From: Eledone cirrhosa | Taxonomy: Eukaryota | Direction: 5' to 3' | Assembly (NCBI GenBank): GCA_964016885.1 | Contig: OZ024743.1 | Span: 210,490,001 to 210,554,000 of the forward strand | Length of the DNA: 64,000 nt | Shown: positions 44,101 through 59,800 of the stretch, piece after piece | Numbering within the stretch: the first letter of the stretch is position 1 | Layout: each line of letters starts with the position of its first letter | Notes under the pieces: model-generated | Told to the model about the DNA's origin: nothing | Seen by the model: only the letters and a program-made list of their open reading frames with translations | Databases searched by the model: none | Translations under genes and position numbers: made by a program

Positions 44101-47100
44101 AGCCACACATGAAACTCTTCACTCCATAGGATATACCACAGTTTACCATCCTATAGCCATACATGAAAGCTCTTCAGTCCATAAGGTATACCACAGTTTA
44201 CCATCCTATAGCCACAGATAAAAGCTCTTCACTCCATAAGATATACTACAGTTTACCATCCTATAGCCAGATGAAAGCTCTTCACTCCATAAGATATAGC
44301 ACAGTTTAGCATCCTATAGCCACAGATGAAAGCTCTTAACTCCATAATATATACCACAGTTTACCATCCTATAGCAAGATGAAAGCTCTTCACTCCATAA
44401 GATATACCACAGTTTACCATCCTACAGCCAGATGAAAGCTCTTCACTCCATAAATATATCACAGTTTACCATCCTATAGCCACACATGAAAGCTCTTCAC
44501 TCCATAAGATATACCACAGTTTACCATCCTATAGCCAGATGAAAGCTCTTCACTCCATAAATATATCACAGTTTACCATTCTATTGCCACAGATGAAAGC
44601 TCTTCACTCCATAAGATATACCACAGTTTACCATCCTATAGCCACACATGAAAACTCTTCACTCCATAAGATATACCACAGTTTACCATCCTGTAGCCAG
44701 ATGAAAGCTCTTCATTCCGTTAGATATACCACAGTTTACCACCCTATAGCCAGATGAAAGCTCTTCACTCCATAAGATATACCAGTTTACCATCCTATAG
44801 CCACAGATGAAAGCTCTTCGCTCCATAAGATATACCACAGTTTACCACCCTATAGCCAGATGAAAGATCTTCACTCCATAAGATATACCAGTTTACCATC
44901 CTATAGCCACAAATGAAAGCTCTTCACTCCATAAGATATACCACAGTTTACAATCCTAAAGCCACAGATGAAAGCTCTTCACTCCATAAGATATACCAGT
45001 TTACCATCCTATAGCCACAGATGAAAGCTCTTCACTCCATAAGATATACCACAGTTTACCACCCTATAGCCAGATGAAAGCTCTTCACTCCATAAGATAT
45101 ACCAGAGTTTACTATCCTAGGGCCACACATGAAAGCTCTTCACTCCATAAGATATACCACAGTTTATCATCATATAGCCACAGATGAATGCACATCACTC
45201 CATAAGATATACCACAGTTTACCATCCTATAGCCACAGATGAAACTCTTCACCCCATAAGATATACCACAGTTTACCATCCTATAGCCACAGATGAAAGC
45301 TCTTCGCTCCATAAGATATACCACAGTTTACCATCCTATAGCCACACATGAAAGCTCTTCACTCCATAAGATATACCACAGTTTAACATCCTATAGCCAC
45401 ACATGAAAGCTCTTCACTCCATAAGATATACCACAGTTTACCATCCTATAGCCACAGATGAAAGCTCTTCACCCCATAAGATATACCACAGTTTACCATC
45501 CTATAGCCAGATGAAAGCTCTTCACTCCATAAATATATCACAGTTTACCATCCTATAGCCACAGATGAAAGCTCTTCACTCCATAAGATATACCACAGTT
45601 TACCATCCTATAGCCACACATGAAAGCTCTTCACTCCATAAGATATACCACAGTTTACCATCCTGTAGCCAGATGAAAGCTCTTCATTCCATAAGATATA
45701 CCACAGTTTACCATCCTATAGCCACACATGAAAGCTCTTCACTCCATAAGATATAACACAGTTTACCATCCTATAGGCAGATGAAAACTCTTCACTCCAT
45801 AAGATATACCACAGTTTACCACCCTATAGCCAGATGAAAGCTCTTCACTCCATAAGATATACCAGTTTACCATCCTATAGCCACAGATGAAAGCTCTTAG
45901 CTCCATAAGATATACCACAGTTTACCACCCTATAGCCAGATGAAAGATCTTCACTCCATAAGATATACCAGTTTACCATCCTATAGCCACAGATGAAAGC
46001 TCTTCACTCCATAAGATATACCACAGTTTACCATCCTATAGCCACAGATGAAAGCTCTTCACTCCATAAGATATACCAGTTTACAATCCTATAGCCACAG
46101 ATGAAAGCTCTTCACCCCATAAGATATACCACAGTTTACCATCCTATAGCCACAGATGAAAGCTCTTCGCTCCATAAGATATACCACAGTTTACCATCCT
46201 ATATGCAGATGAAAACTCTTCACTCCATAAGATATACCACAGTTTACCACCCTATAGCCAGATGAAAGCTCTTCACTCCATAAGATATACCAGTTTACCA
46301 TCCTATAGCCACAGATGAAAGCTCTTCGCTCCATAAGATATACCACAGTTTACCATCCTATAGCCACACATGAAAACTCTTCACTCCATAAGATATACCA
46401 CAGTTTACCATCCTGTAGCCAGATGAAAGGTCTTCATTCCGTAAGATATACCACAGTTTACCATCCTATAGCCACACATGAAAGCTCTTCACTCCATAAG
46501 ATATACCACAGTTTACCATCCTATAGGCAGATGAAAACTCTTCACTCCATAAGATATACCACAGTTTACCATCCTAAAGCCACAGATGAAAGCTCTTCAC
46601 TCCATAAGATATACCAGTTTACCATCCTATAGCCACAGATGAAAGCTCTTCACTCCATAAGATATACCACAGTTTACCACCCTATAGCCAGATGAAAGCT
46701 CTTCACTCCATAAGATATACCAGAGTTTACCATCCTATAGCCACACATGAAAGCTCTTCACTCCATAAGATATACCACAGTTTACCATCATATAGCCACA
46801 GATGAATGCACATCACTCCATAAGATATACCACAGTTTACCATCCTATAGCCACAGATGAAAGCTCTTCACCCCATAAGATATACCACAGTTTACCATCC
46901 TATAGCCACAGATGAAAGCTCTTCGCTCCATAAGATATACCACAGTTTACCATCCTATAGCCACACATGAAAGCTCTTCACTCCATAAGATATACCACAG
47001 TTTAACATCCTATAGCCACACATGAAAGCTCTTCACTCCATAAGATATACCACAGTTTACCATCCTATAGCCACAGATGAAAGCTCTTCACCCCATAAGA

Positions 47101-50100
47101 TATACCACAGTTTACCATCCTATAGCCAGATGAAAGCTCTTCACTCCATAAATATATCACTGTTTACCATCCTATAGCCACAGATGAAAGCTCTTCACTC
47201 CATAAGATATACCACAGTTTACCATCCTATAGCCACACATGAAAGCTCTTCACTCCATAAGATATACCACAGTTTACCATCCTGTAGCCAGATGAAAGGT
47301 CTTCATTCCGTAAGATATACCACAGTTTACCATCCTATAGCCACACATGAAAGCTCTTCACTCCATAAGATATACCACAGTTTACCATCCTATAGGCAGA
47401 TGAAAACTCTTCACTCCATAAGATATACCACAGTTTACCATCCTAAAGCCACAGATGAAAGCTCTTCACTCCATAAGATATACCAGTTTACCATCCTATA
47501 GCCACAGATGAAAGCTCTTCACTCCATAAGATATACCACAGTTTACCACCCTATAGCCAGATGAAAGCTCTTCACTCCATAAGATATACCAGAGTTTACC
47601 ATCCTATAGCCACACATGAAAGCTCTTCACTCCATAAGATATACCACAGTTTGCCATCATATAGCCACAGATGAATGCACATCACTCCATAAGATATACC
47701 ACAGTTTACCATCCTATAGCCACAGATGAAAGCTCTTCACCCCATAAGATATACCACAGTTTACCATCCTATAGCCACAGATGAAAGCTCTTCGCTCCAT
47801 AAGATATACCACAGTTTACCATCCTATAGCCACACATGAAAGCTCTTCACTCCATAAGATATACCACAGTTTAACATCCTATAGCCACACATGAAAGCTC
47901 TTCACTCCATAAGATATACCACAGTTTACCATCCTATAGCCACAGATGAAAGCTCTTCACCCCATAAGATATACCACAGTTTACCATCCTATAGCCAGAT
48001 GAAAGCTCTTCACTCCATAAATATATCACTGTTTACCATCCTATAGCCACAGATGAAAGCTCTTCACTCCATAAGATATACCACAGTTTACCATCCTATA
48101 GCCACACATGAAAGCTCTTCACTCCATAAGATATACCACAGTTTACCATCCTGTAGCCAGATGAAAGCTCTTCATTCCATAAGATATACCACAGTTTACC
48201 ATCCTATAGCCACACATGAAAGCTCTTCACTCCATAAGATATACCACAGTTTACCATCCTATAGGCAGATGAAAACTCTTCACTCCATAAGATATACCAC
48301 AGTTTACCACCCTATAGCCAGATGAAAGCTCTTCACTCCATAAGGTATACCAGTTTACCATCCTATAGCCACAGATGAAAGCTCTTCGCTCCATAAGATA
48401 TACCACAGTTTACAACCCTATAGCCAGATGAAAGATCTTCACTCCATAAGATATACCAGTTTACCATCCTATAGCCACAGATGAAAGCTCTTCACTCCAT
48501 AAGATATACCACAGTTTACCATCCTATAGCCACAGATGAAAGCTCTTCACTCCATAAGATATACCAGTTTACCATCCTATAGCCACAGATGAAAGCTCTT
48601 CACTCCATAAGATATACCACAGTTTACCACCCTATAGCCAGATGAAAGCTCTTCACTCCATAAGATATACCAGAGTTTACCATCCTATAGCCACACATGA
48701 AAGCTCTTCACTCCATAAGATATACCACAGTTTACCATCATATAGCCACAGATGAATGCACATCACTCCATAAGATATACCACAGTTTACCATCCTATAG
48801 CCACAGATGAAAGCTCTTCACCCCATAAGATATACCACAGTTTACCATCCTATAGCCACAGATGAAAGCTCTTCGCTCCATAAGATATACCACAGTTTAC
48901 CATCCTATAGCCACACATGAAAGCTCTTCACTCCATAAGATATACCACAGTTTAACATCCTAGAGCCACACATGAAAGCTCTTCACTCCATAAGATATAC
49001 GACAGTTTACCATCCTGTAGCCAGATGAAAGCTCTTCACTCTATAAGATATACCACAGTTTACCATCCTATAGCCAGATGAAAGCTCTTCACTCCATAAG
49101 ATATACCACAGATTACCATCCTGTAACCAGATGAAAGCTCTTCACTCCATAAGATATACAACAGTTTACCAACCTATAGCCACAGATTAAAGCTCTTCAT
49201 TCCATAAGATATACCACAGTTTACCATCCTATAGCCAGATGAAAGCTCTTCACTCCATAAGATATACCACAGTTTACCATCCTATAGCCACACATTAAAG
49301 CTCTTCACTCCATAAGATATACCACAGTTTACCAACCTATAGCCACAGATGAAAGCTCTTCACTCCATAAGTTATACCACAGTTTACCATCCTATTGCCA
49401 GATGAAAGCTCTTCACTCCATAAGATACACCAGTTTACCATCCTATAGCCACACATGAAACTCTTCACTCCATAGGATATACCACAGTTTACCATCCTAT
49501 AGCCATACATGAAAGCTCTTCAGTCCATAAGGTATACCACAGTTTACCATCCTATAGCCACAGATAAAAGCTCTTCACTCCATAAGATATACTACAGTTT
49601 ACCATCCTATAGCCAGATGAAAGCTCTTCACTCCATAAGATATAGCACAGTTTAGCATCCTATAGCCACAGATGAAAGCTCTTAACTCCATAATATATAC
49701 CACAGTTTACCATCCTATAGCAAGATGAAAGCTCTTCACTCCATAAGATATACCACAGTTTACCATCCTATAGCCAGATGAAAGCTCTTCACTCCATAAA
49801 TATATCACAGTTTACCATCCTATAGCCACACATGAAAGCTCTTCACTCCATAAGATATACCACAGTTTACCATCCTATAGCCAGATGAAAGCTCTTCACT
49901 CCATAAATATATCACAGTTTACCATTCTATTGCCACAGATGAAAGCTCTTCACTCCATAAGATATACCACAGTTTACCATCCTATAGCCACACATGAAAA
50001 CTCTTCACTCCATAAGATATACCACAGTTTACCATCCTGTAGCCAGATGAAAGCTCTTCATTCCGTAAGATATACCACAGTTTACCACCCTATAGCCAGA

Positions 50101-53100
50101 TGAAAGCTCTTCACTCCATAAGATATACCAGTTTACCATCCTATAGCCACAGATGAAAGCTCTTCGCTCCATAAGATATACCACAGTTTACCACCCTATA
50201 GCCAGATGAAAGATCTTCACTCCATAAGATATACCAGTTTACCATCCTATAGCCACAGATGAAAGCTCTTCACTCCATAAGATATACCACAGTTTACAAT
50301 CCTAAAGCCACAGATGAAAGCTCTTCACTCCATAAGATATACCAGTTTACCATCCTATAGCCACAGATGAAAGCTCTTCACTCCATAAGATATACCACAG
50401 TTTACCACCCTATAGCCAGATGAAAGCTCTTCACTCCATAAGATATACCAGAGTTTACTATCCTAGGGCCACACATGAAAGCTCTTCACTCCATAAGATA
50501 TACCACAGTTTATCATCATATAGCCACAGATGAATGCACATCACTCCATAAGATATACCACAGTTTACCATCCTATAGCCACAGATGAAACTCTTCACCC
50601 CATAAGATATACCACAGTTTACCATCCTATAGCCACAGATGAAAGCTCTTCGCTCCATAAGATATACCACAGTTTACCATCCTATAGCCACACATGAAAG
50701 CTCTTCACTCCATAAGATATACCACAGTTTAACATCCTATAGCCACACATGAAAGCTCTTCACTCCATAAGATATACCACAGTTTACCATCCTATAGCCA
50801 CAGATGAAAGCTCTTCACCCCATAAGATATACCACAGTTTACCATCCTATAGCCAGATGAAAGCTCTTCACTCCATAAATATATCACAGTTTACCATCCT
50901 ATAGCCACAGATGAAAGCTCTTCACTCCATAAGATATACCACAGTTTACCATCCTATAGCCACACATGAAAGCTCTTCACTCCATAAGATATACCACAGT
51001 TTACCATCCTGTAGCCAGATGAAAGCTCTTCATTCCATAAGATATACCACAGTTTACCATCCTATAGCCACACATGAAAGCTCTTCACTCCATAAGATAT
51101 ACCACAGTTTACCATCCTATAGGCAGATGAAAACTCTTCACTCCATAAGATATACCACAGTTTACCACCCTATAGCCAGATGAAAGCTCTTCACTCCATA
51201 AGATATACCAGTTTACCATCCTATAGCCACAGATGAAAGCTCTTCGCTCCATAAGATATACCACAGTTTACCACCCTATAGCCAGATGAAAGATCTTCAC
51301 TCCATAAGATATACCAGTTTACCATCCTATAGCCACAGATGAAAGCTCTTCACTCCATAAGATATACCACAGTTTACCATCCTATAGCCACAGATGAAAG
51401 CTCTTCACTCCATAAGATATACCAGTTTACAATCCTATAGCCACAGATGAAAGCTCTTCACTCCATAAGATATACCACAGTTTACCACCCTATAGCCAGA
51501 TGAAAGCTCTTCACTCCATAAGATATACCAGAGTTTACCATCCTATAGCCACACATGAAAGCTCTTCACTCCATAAGATATACCACAGTTTACCATCATA
51601 TAGCCACAGATGAATGCACATCACTCCATAAGATATACCACAGTTTACCATCCTATAGCCACACATGAAAACTCTTCACTCCATAAGATATACCACAGTT
51701 TACCATCCTGTAGCCAGATGAAAGGTCTTCATTCCGTAAGATATACCACAGTTTACCATCCTATAGCCACACATGAAAGCTCTTCACTCCATAAGATATA
51801 CCACAGTTTACCATTCTATAGGCAGATGAAAACTCTTCACTCCATAAGATATACCACAGTTTACCATCCTAAAGCCACAGATGAAAGCTCTTCACTCCAT
51901 AAGATATACCAGTTTACCATCCTATAGCCACAGATGAAAGCTGTTCACTCCATAAGATATACCACAGTTTACCACCCTATAGCCAGATGAAAGCTCTTCA
52001 CTCCATAAGATATACCACAGTTTACCATCCTATAGCCACACATGAAAGCTCTTCACTCCATATCATATACCACAGTTTACCATCATATAGCCACAGATGA
52101 ATGCACATCACTCCATAAGATATACCACAGTTTACCATCCTATAGCCACAGATGAAAGCTCTTCACCCCATAAGATATACCACAGTTTACCATCCTATAG
52201 CCACAGATGAAAGCTCTTCGCTCCATAAGATATACCACAGTTTACCATCCTATAGCCACACATGAAAGCTCTTCACTCCATATGATATACCACAGTTTAA
52301 CATCCTATAGCCACACATGAAAGCTCTTCACTCCATAAGATATACCACAGTTTACCATCCTATAGCCACAGATGAAAGCTCTTCACCCCATAAGATATAC
52401 CACAGTTTACCATCCTATAGCCAGATGAAAGCTCTTCACTCCATAAATATATCACAGTTTACCATCCTATAGCCACAGATGAAAGCTCTTCACTCCATAA
52501 GATATACCACAGTTTACCATCCTATAGCCACACATGAAAGCTCTTCACTCCATAAGATATACCACAGTTTACCATCCTGTAGCCAGATGAAAGCTCTTCA
52601 TTCCATAAGATATACCACAGTTTACCATCCTATAGCCACACATGAAAGCTCTTCACTCCATAAGATATACCACAGTTTACCATCCTATAGGCAGATGAAA
52701 ACTCTTCACTCCATAAGATATACCACAGTTTACCACCCTATAGCCAGATGAAAGCTCTTCACTCCATAAGGTATACCAGTTTACCATCCTATAGCCACAG
52801 ATGAAAGCTCTTCGCTCCATAAGATATACCACAGTTTACCACCCTATAGCCAGATGAAAGATCTTCACTCCATAAGATATACCAGTTTACCATCCTATAG
52901 CCACAGATGAAAGCTCTTCACTCCATAAGATATACCACAGTTTGCCATCCTATAGCCACAGATGAAAGCTCTTCACTCCATAAGATATACCAGTTTACCA
53001 TCCTATAGCCACAGATGAAAGCTCTTCACTCCATAAGATATACCACAGTTTACCACCCTATAGCCAGATGAAAGCTCTTCACTCCATAAGATATACCAGA

Positions 53101-53850
53101 GTTTACCATCCTATAGCCACACATGAAAGCTCTTCACTCCATAAGATATACCACAGTTTACCATCATATAGCCACAGATGAATGCACATCACTCCATAAG
53201 ATATACCACAGTTTACCATCCTATAGCCACAGATGAAAGCTCTTCACCCCATACGATATACGACAGTTTACCATCCTATAGCCACAGATGAAAGCTCTTC
53301 GCTCCATAAGATATACCACAGATTACCATCCTATAGCCACACATGAAAGCTCTTCACTCCATAAGATATACCACAGTTTAACATCCTAGAGCCACACATG
53401 AAAGCTCTTCACTCCATAAGATATACGACAGTTTACCATCCTGTAGCCAGATGAAAGCTCTTCACTCTATAAGATATACCACAGTTTACCATCCTATAGC
53501 CAGATGAAAGCTCTTCACTCCATAAGATATACCACAGATTACCATCCTGTAGCCAGATGAAAGCTCTTCACTCCATAAGATATACAACAGTTTACCAACC
53601 TATAGCCACAGATTAAAGCTCTTCATTCCATAAGATATACCACAGTTTACCATCCTATAGCCAGATGAAAGCTCTTCACTCCATAAGATATACCACAGTT
53701 TACCATCCTATAGCCACACATTAAAGCTCTTCACTCCATAAGATATACCACAGTTTACCAACCTATAGCCACAGATGAAAGCTCTTCACTCCATAAGTTA
53801 TACCACAGTTTACCATCCTATAGCCAGATGAAAGCTCTTCACTCCATAAG
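35140..53850 (+). repeat. About four tandem copies of a 4.4-5.3-kb HOR
   Basis: The marker 'cctagggccac...tttatcatcat...gaaactcttcacccc' occurs at ~36256, 40682, 45116 and 50462 (spacings 4426, 4434, 5346). Confidence 0.88.
46315..48110 (+). repeat. 869-bp 16-monomer HOR in tandem
   Basis: ORF starts 46315/47184/48053 are 869 bp apart. Counted composition: 10x55 + 5x53 + 1x54 = 869. The same spacing occurs at 37404/38273, 41830/42699, 51610/52479 and 57729/58598. Confidence 0.92.
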
Positions 53851-56800
53851 ATACACCAGTTTACCATCATATAGCCACAGATGAAAGCTCTTCACTCCAT
53901 AAGATATACCACAATTTATCATCCTATAGCCAGATGAAAGCTCTTCACTCCATAAGATATAACACATTCTACCATCCTATAGCCAGATGAAATACTTCAC
54001 TCCATAAGATATACCACAGTTTACCATCCTATATCCACAGTTGAAAGCTCTTCACTCCATAAGATATACCACAGTTTACCATCCTATGGCCACAGATGAA
54101 AGCTCTTCACTCCATAAGATATACCACAGTTTACCATCCTATAGCCACACATGAAAGCTCTTCACTCCATAAGATATACCACAGTTTACCATCCTATAGC
54201 CATACATGAAAGCTCTTCAGTCCATAAGATATACCACAGTTTACCATCTTATAGCCACATATGAAAGCTCTTCACTCCATAAGATATACCACAGTTAACC
54301 ATCCTATAGCCATGCATGAAAGCTCTTCAGTCCATAAGATATACCACAGTTTACCATCCTATAGCCACAGATGAAAGCTCTTCACTCCATAATATATACC
54401 ACAGTTTACCATCCGATAGCGAGATGAAAGCGCTTCACTCCATAAGATATACCACAGTTTACCTTCCTATAGCCACACATGAAAGCTCTTCACTCCATAA
54501 GATATACCACAGTTTACCATCCTATAGCCACAGATGAAAGCTCTTCACTCCATAAGATATACCACAGTTTACCATTCTATGGCCACACATGAAAGCTCTT
54601 CACTCCATAAGATATACCACAGTTTACCATCCTATAGCCACACATGAAACTCTTCACTCCATAGGATATACCACAGTTTACCATCTTATAGCCACACATG
54701 AATGCTCTTCACTCCATAGGATATACCACAGTTTACCATCCTATAGCCATACATGAAAGCTCTTCAGTCCATAAGATATACCACAGTTTACCATCCTATA
54801 GCCACAGATGAAAGCTCTTCACTCCATAAGATATACTACAGTTTACCATCCTATAGCCAGATGAAAGCTCTTCACTCCATAAGATATAGCACAGTTTACC
54901 ATCCTATAGCCACAGATGAAAGCTCTTCACTCCATAATATATACCACAGTTTACCATCCTATAGCAAGATGAAAGCTCTTCACTCCATAAGATATACCAC
55001 AGTTTACCATCCTATAGCCACACATGAAAGCTCTTCACTCCATAAGATATACCACAGTTTACCATCCTGTAGCCAGATGAAAGCTCTTCATTCCGTAAGA
55101 TATACCACAGTTTACCATCCTATAGCCACACATGAAAGCTCTTCACTCCATAAGATATACCACAGTTTACCATCCTATAGGCAGATGAAAACTCTTCACT
55201 CCATAAGATATACCACAGTTTACCATCCTAAAGCCACAGATGAAAGCTCTTCACTCCATAAGATATACCAGTTTACCATCCTATAGCCACAGATGAAAGC
55301 TCTTCACTCCATAAGATATACCACAGTTTACCACCCTATAGCCAGATGAAAGCTCTTCACTCCATAAGATATACCAGAGTTTACCATCCTATAGCCACAC
55401 ATGAAAGCTCTTCACTCCATAAGACATACCACAGTTTACCATCGTATAGCCACAGATGAATGCACATCACTCCATAAGATATACCACAGTTTACCATCCT
55501 ATAGCCACAAATGAAAGCTCTTCACCCCATAAGATATACCACAGTTTACCATCCTATAGCCACAGATGAAAGCTCTTCGCTCCATAAGATATACCACAGT
55601 TTACCATCCTATAGCCACACATGAAAGCTCTTCACTCCATAAGATATACCACAGTTTAACATCCTATAGCCACACATGAAAGCTCTTCACTCCATAAGAT
55701 ATACCACAGTTTACCATCCTATAGCCACAGATGAAAGCTCTTCACCCCATAAGATATACCACAGTTTATCATCCTATAGCCAGATGAAAGCTCTTCACTC
55801 CATAAATATATCACAGTTTACCATCCTATAGCCACAGATGAAAGCTCTTCACTCCATAAGATATACCACAGTTTACCATCCTATAGCCACACATGAAAGC
55901 TCTTCACTCCATAAGATATACCACAGTTTACCATCCTATAGGCAGATGAAAACTCTTCACTCCATAAGATATACCACAGTTTACCACCCTATAGCCAGAT
56001 GAAAGCTCTTCACTCCATAAGGTATACCAGTTTACCATCCTATAGCCACAGATGAAAGCTCTTCGCTCCATAAGATATACCACAGTTTACCACCCTATAG
56101 CCAGATGAAAGATCTTCACTCCATAAGATATACCAGTTTACCATCCTATAGCCACAGATGAAAGCTCTTCACTCCATAAGATATACCACAGTTTACCATC
56201 CTATAGCCACAGATGAAAGCTCTTCACTCCATAAGATATACCAGTTTACCATCCTATAGCCACAGATGAAAGCTCTTCACTCCATAAGATATACCACAGT
56301 TTACCACCCTATAGACAGATGAAAGCTCTTCACTCCATAAGATATACCAGAGTTTACCATCCTATAGCCACACATGAAAGCTCTTCACTCCATAAGATAT
56401 ACCACAGTTTACCATCATATAGCCACAGATGAATGCACATCACTCCATAAGATATACGACAGTTTACCATCCTGTAGCCAGATGAAAGCTCTTCACTCTA
56501 TAAGATATACCACAGTTTACCATCCTATAGCCAGATGAAAGCTCTTCACTCCATAAGATATACCACAGATTACCATCCTGTAGCCAGATGAAAGCTCTTC
56601 ACTCCATAAGATATACAACAGTTTACCAACCTATAGCCACAGATTAAAGCTCTTCATTCCATAAGATATACCACAGTTTACCATCCTATAGCCAGATGAA
56701 AGCTCTTCACTCCATAAGATATACCACAGTTTACCATCCTATAGCCACACATTAAAGCTCTTCACTCCATAAGATATACCACAGTTTACCAACCTATAGC

Positions 56801-59800
56801 CACAGATGAAAGCTCTTCACTCCATAAGTTATACCACAGTTTACCATCCTATAGCCAGATGAAAGCTCTTCACTCCATAAGATATACCAGTTTACCATCA
56901 TATAGCCACAGATCAAAGCTCTTCACTCCATAAGATATACCACAATTTATCATCCTATAGCCAGATGAAAGCTCTTCACTCCATAAGATATAACACATTC
57001 TACCATCCTATAGCCAGATGAAACACTTCACTCCATAAGATATACCACAGTTTACCATCCTATAGCCACAGTTGAAAGCTCTTCACTCCATAAGATATAC
57101 CACAGTTTACCATCCTATGGCCACAGATGAAAGCTCTTCACTCCATAAGATATACCACAGTTTACCATCCTATAGCCACACATGAAAGCTCTTCACTCCA
57201 TAAGATATACCACAGTTTACCATCCTATAGCCATACATGAAAGCTCTTCAGTCCATAAGATATACCACAGTTTACCATCTTATAGCCACATTTGAAAGCT
57301 CTTCACTCCATAAGATATACCACAGTTTACCATCCTATAGCCATGCATGAAAGCTCTTCAGTCCATAAGATATACCACAGTTTACCATCCTATAGCCACA
57401 GATGAAAGCTCTTCACTCCATAATATATACCACAGTTTACCATCCGATAGCGAGATGAAAGCTCTTCACTCCATAAGATATACCACAGTTTACCATCCTA
57501 TAGCCACAGATGAAAGCTCTTCACTCCATAAGATATACCACAATTTACCATTCTATGGCCACACATGAAAGCTCTTCACTCCATAAGATATACCACAGTT
57601 TACCATGCTATAGCCACACATGAAACTCTTCACTCCATAGGATATACCACAGTTTACCATCTTATAGCCACACATGAATGGTCTTCACTCCATAGGATAT
57701 ACCACAGTTTACCATCCTATAGCCATACATGAAAGCTCTTCAGTCCATAAGATATACCACAGTTTACCATCCTATAGCCACAGATGAAAGCTCTTCACTC
57801 CATAAGATATACTACAGTTTACCATCCTATAGCCAGATGAAAGCTCTTCACTCCATAAGATATAGCACAGTTTACCATCCTATAGCCACACATGAAAGCT
57901 CTTCACTCCATAAGATATACCACAGTTTACCATCCTATAGGCAGATGAAAACTCTTCACTCCATAAGATATACCACAGTTAACCATCCTAAAGCCACAGA
58001 TGAAAGCTCTTCACTCCATAAGATATACCAGTTTACCATCCTATAGCCACAGATGAAAGCTCTTCACTCCATAAGATATACCACAGTTTACCACCCTATA
58101 GCCAGATGAAAGCTCTTCACTCCATAAGATATACCAGAGTTTACCATCCTATAGCCACACATGAAAGCTCTTCACTCCATAAGATATACCACAGTTTACC
58201 ATCATAGAGCCACAGATGAATGCACATCACTCCATAAGATATACCACAGTTTACCATCCTATAGCCACAGATGAAAGCTCTTCACCCCATAAGATATACC
58301 ACAGTTTACCATCCTATAGCCACAGATGAAAGCTCTTCGCTCCATAAGATATACCACAGTTTACCATCCTATAGCCACACATGAAAGCTCTTCACTCCAT
58401 AAGATATACCACAGTTTAACATCCTATAGCCACACATGAAAGCTCTTCACTCCATAAGATATACCACAGTTTACCATCCTATAGCCACAGATGAAAGCTC
58501 TTCACCCCATAAGATATACCACAGTTTACCATCCTATAGCCAGATGAAAGCTCTTCACTCCATAAATATATCACAGTTTACCATCCTATAGCCAGAGATG
58601 AAAGCTCTTCACTCCATAAGATATACCACACTTTACCATCCTATAGCCACACATGAAAGCTCTTCACTCCATAAGATATACCACAGTTTACCATCCTGTA
58701 GCCAGATGAAAGCTCTTCACCCCATAAGATATACCACAGTTTACCATCCTATAGCCACATATGAAAGCTCTTCACTCCATAAGATATACCACAGTTTACC
58801 ATCCTATAGGCAGATGAAAACTCTTCACTCCATAAGATATACCACAGTTTACCACCCTATAGCCAGATGAAAGCTCTTCACTCCATAAGGTATACCAGTT
58901 TACCATCCTATAGCCACAGATGAAAGCTCTTCGCTCCATAAGATATACCACAGTTTACCACCCTATAGCCAGATGAAAGATCTTCACTCCATAAGATATA
59001 CCAATTTACCATCCTATAGCCACAGATGAAAGCTCTTCACTCCATAAGATATACCACAGTTTACCATCCTATAGCCACAGCTGAAAGCTCTTCACTCCAT
59101 AAGATATACCAGTTTACCATCCTATAGCCACAGATGAAAGCTCTTCACCCCATAAGATATACCACAGTTTACCACCCTATAGCCAGATGAAAGCTCTTCA
59201 CTCCATAAGATATACCAGAGTTTACCATCCTATAGCCACACATGAAAGCTCTTCACTCCATAAGATATACCACAGTTTACCATCATATAGCCAAAGATGA
59301 ATGCACATCACTCCATAAGATATACCACAGTTTACCATCCTATAGCCACAGATGAAAGCTCTTCACCCCATAAGATATACCACAGTTTACCATCCTATAG
59401 CCACAGATGAAAGCTCTTCGCTCCATAAGATATACCACAGTTTACCATCCTATAGCCACACATGAAAGCTCTTCACTCCATAAGATATACCACAGTTTAA
59501 CATCCTAGAGCCACACATGAAAGCTCTTCACTCCATAAGATATACGACAGTTTACCATCCTGTAGCCAGATGAAAGCTCTTCACTCTATAAGATATACCA
59601 CAGTTTACCATCCTATAGCCAGATGAAAGCTCTTCACTCCATAAGATATACCACAGATTACCATCCTGTAGCCAGATGAAAGCTCTTCACTCCATAAGAT
59701 ATACAACAGTTTACCAACCTATAGCCACAGATTAAAGCTCTTCATTCCATAAGATATACCACAGTTTACCATCCTATAGCCAGATGAAAGCTCTTCACTC

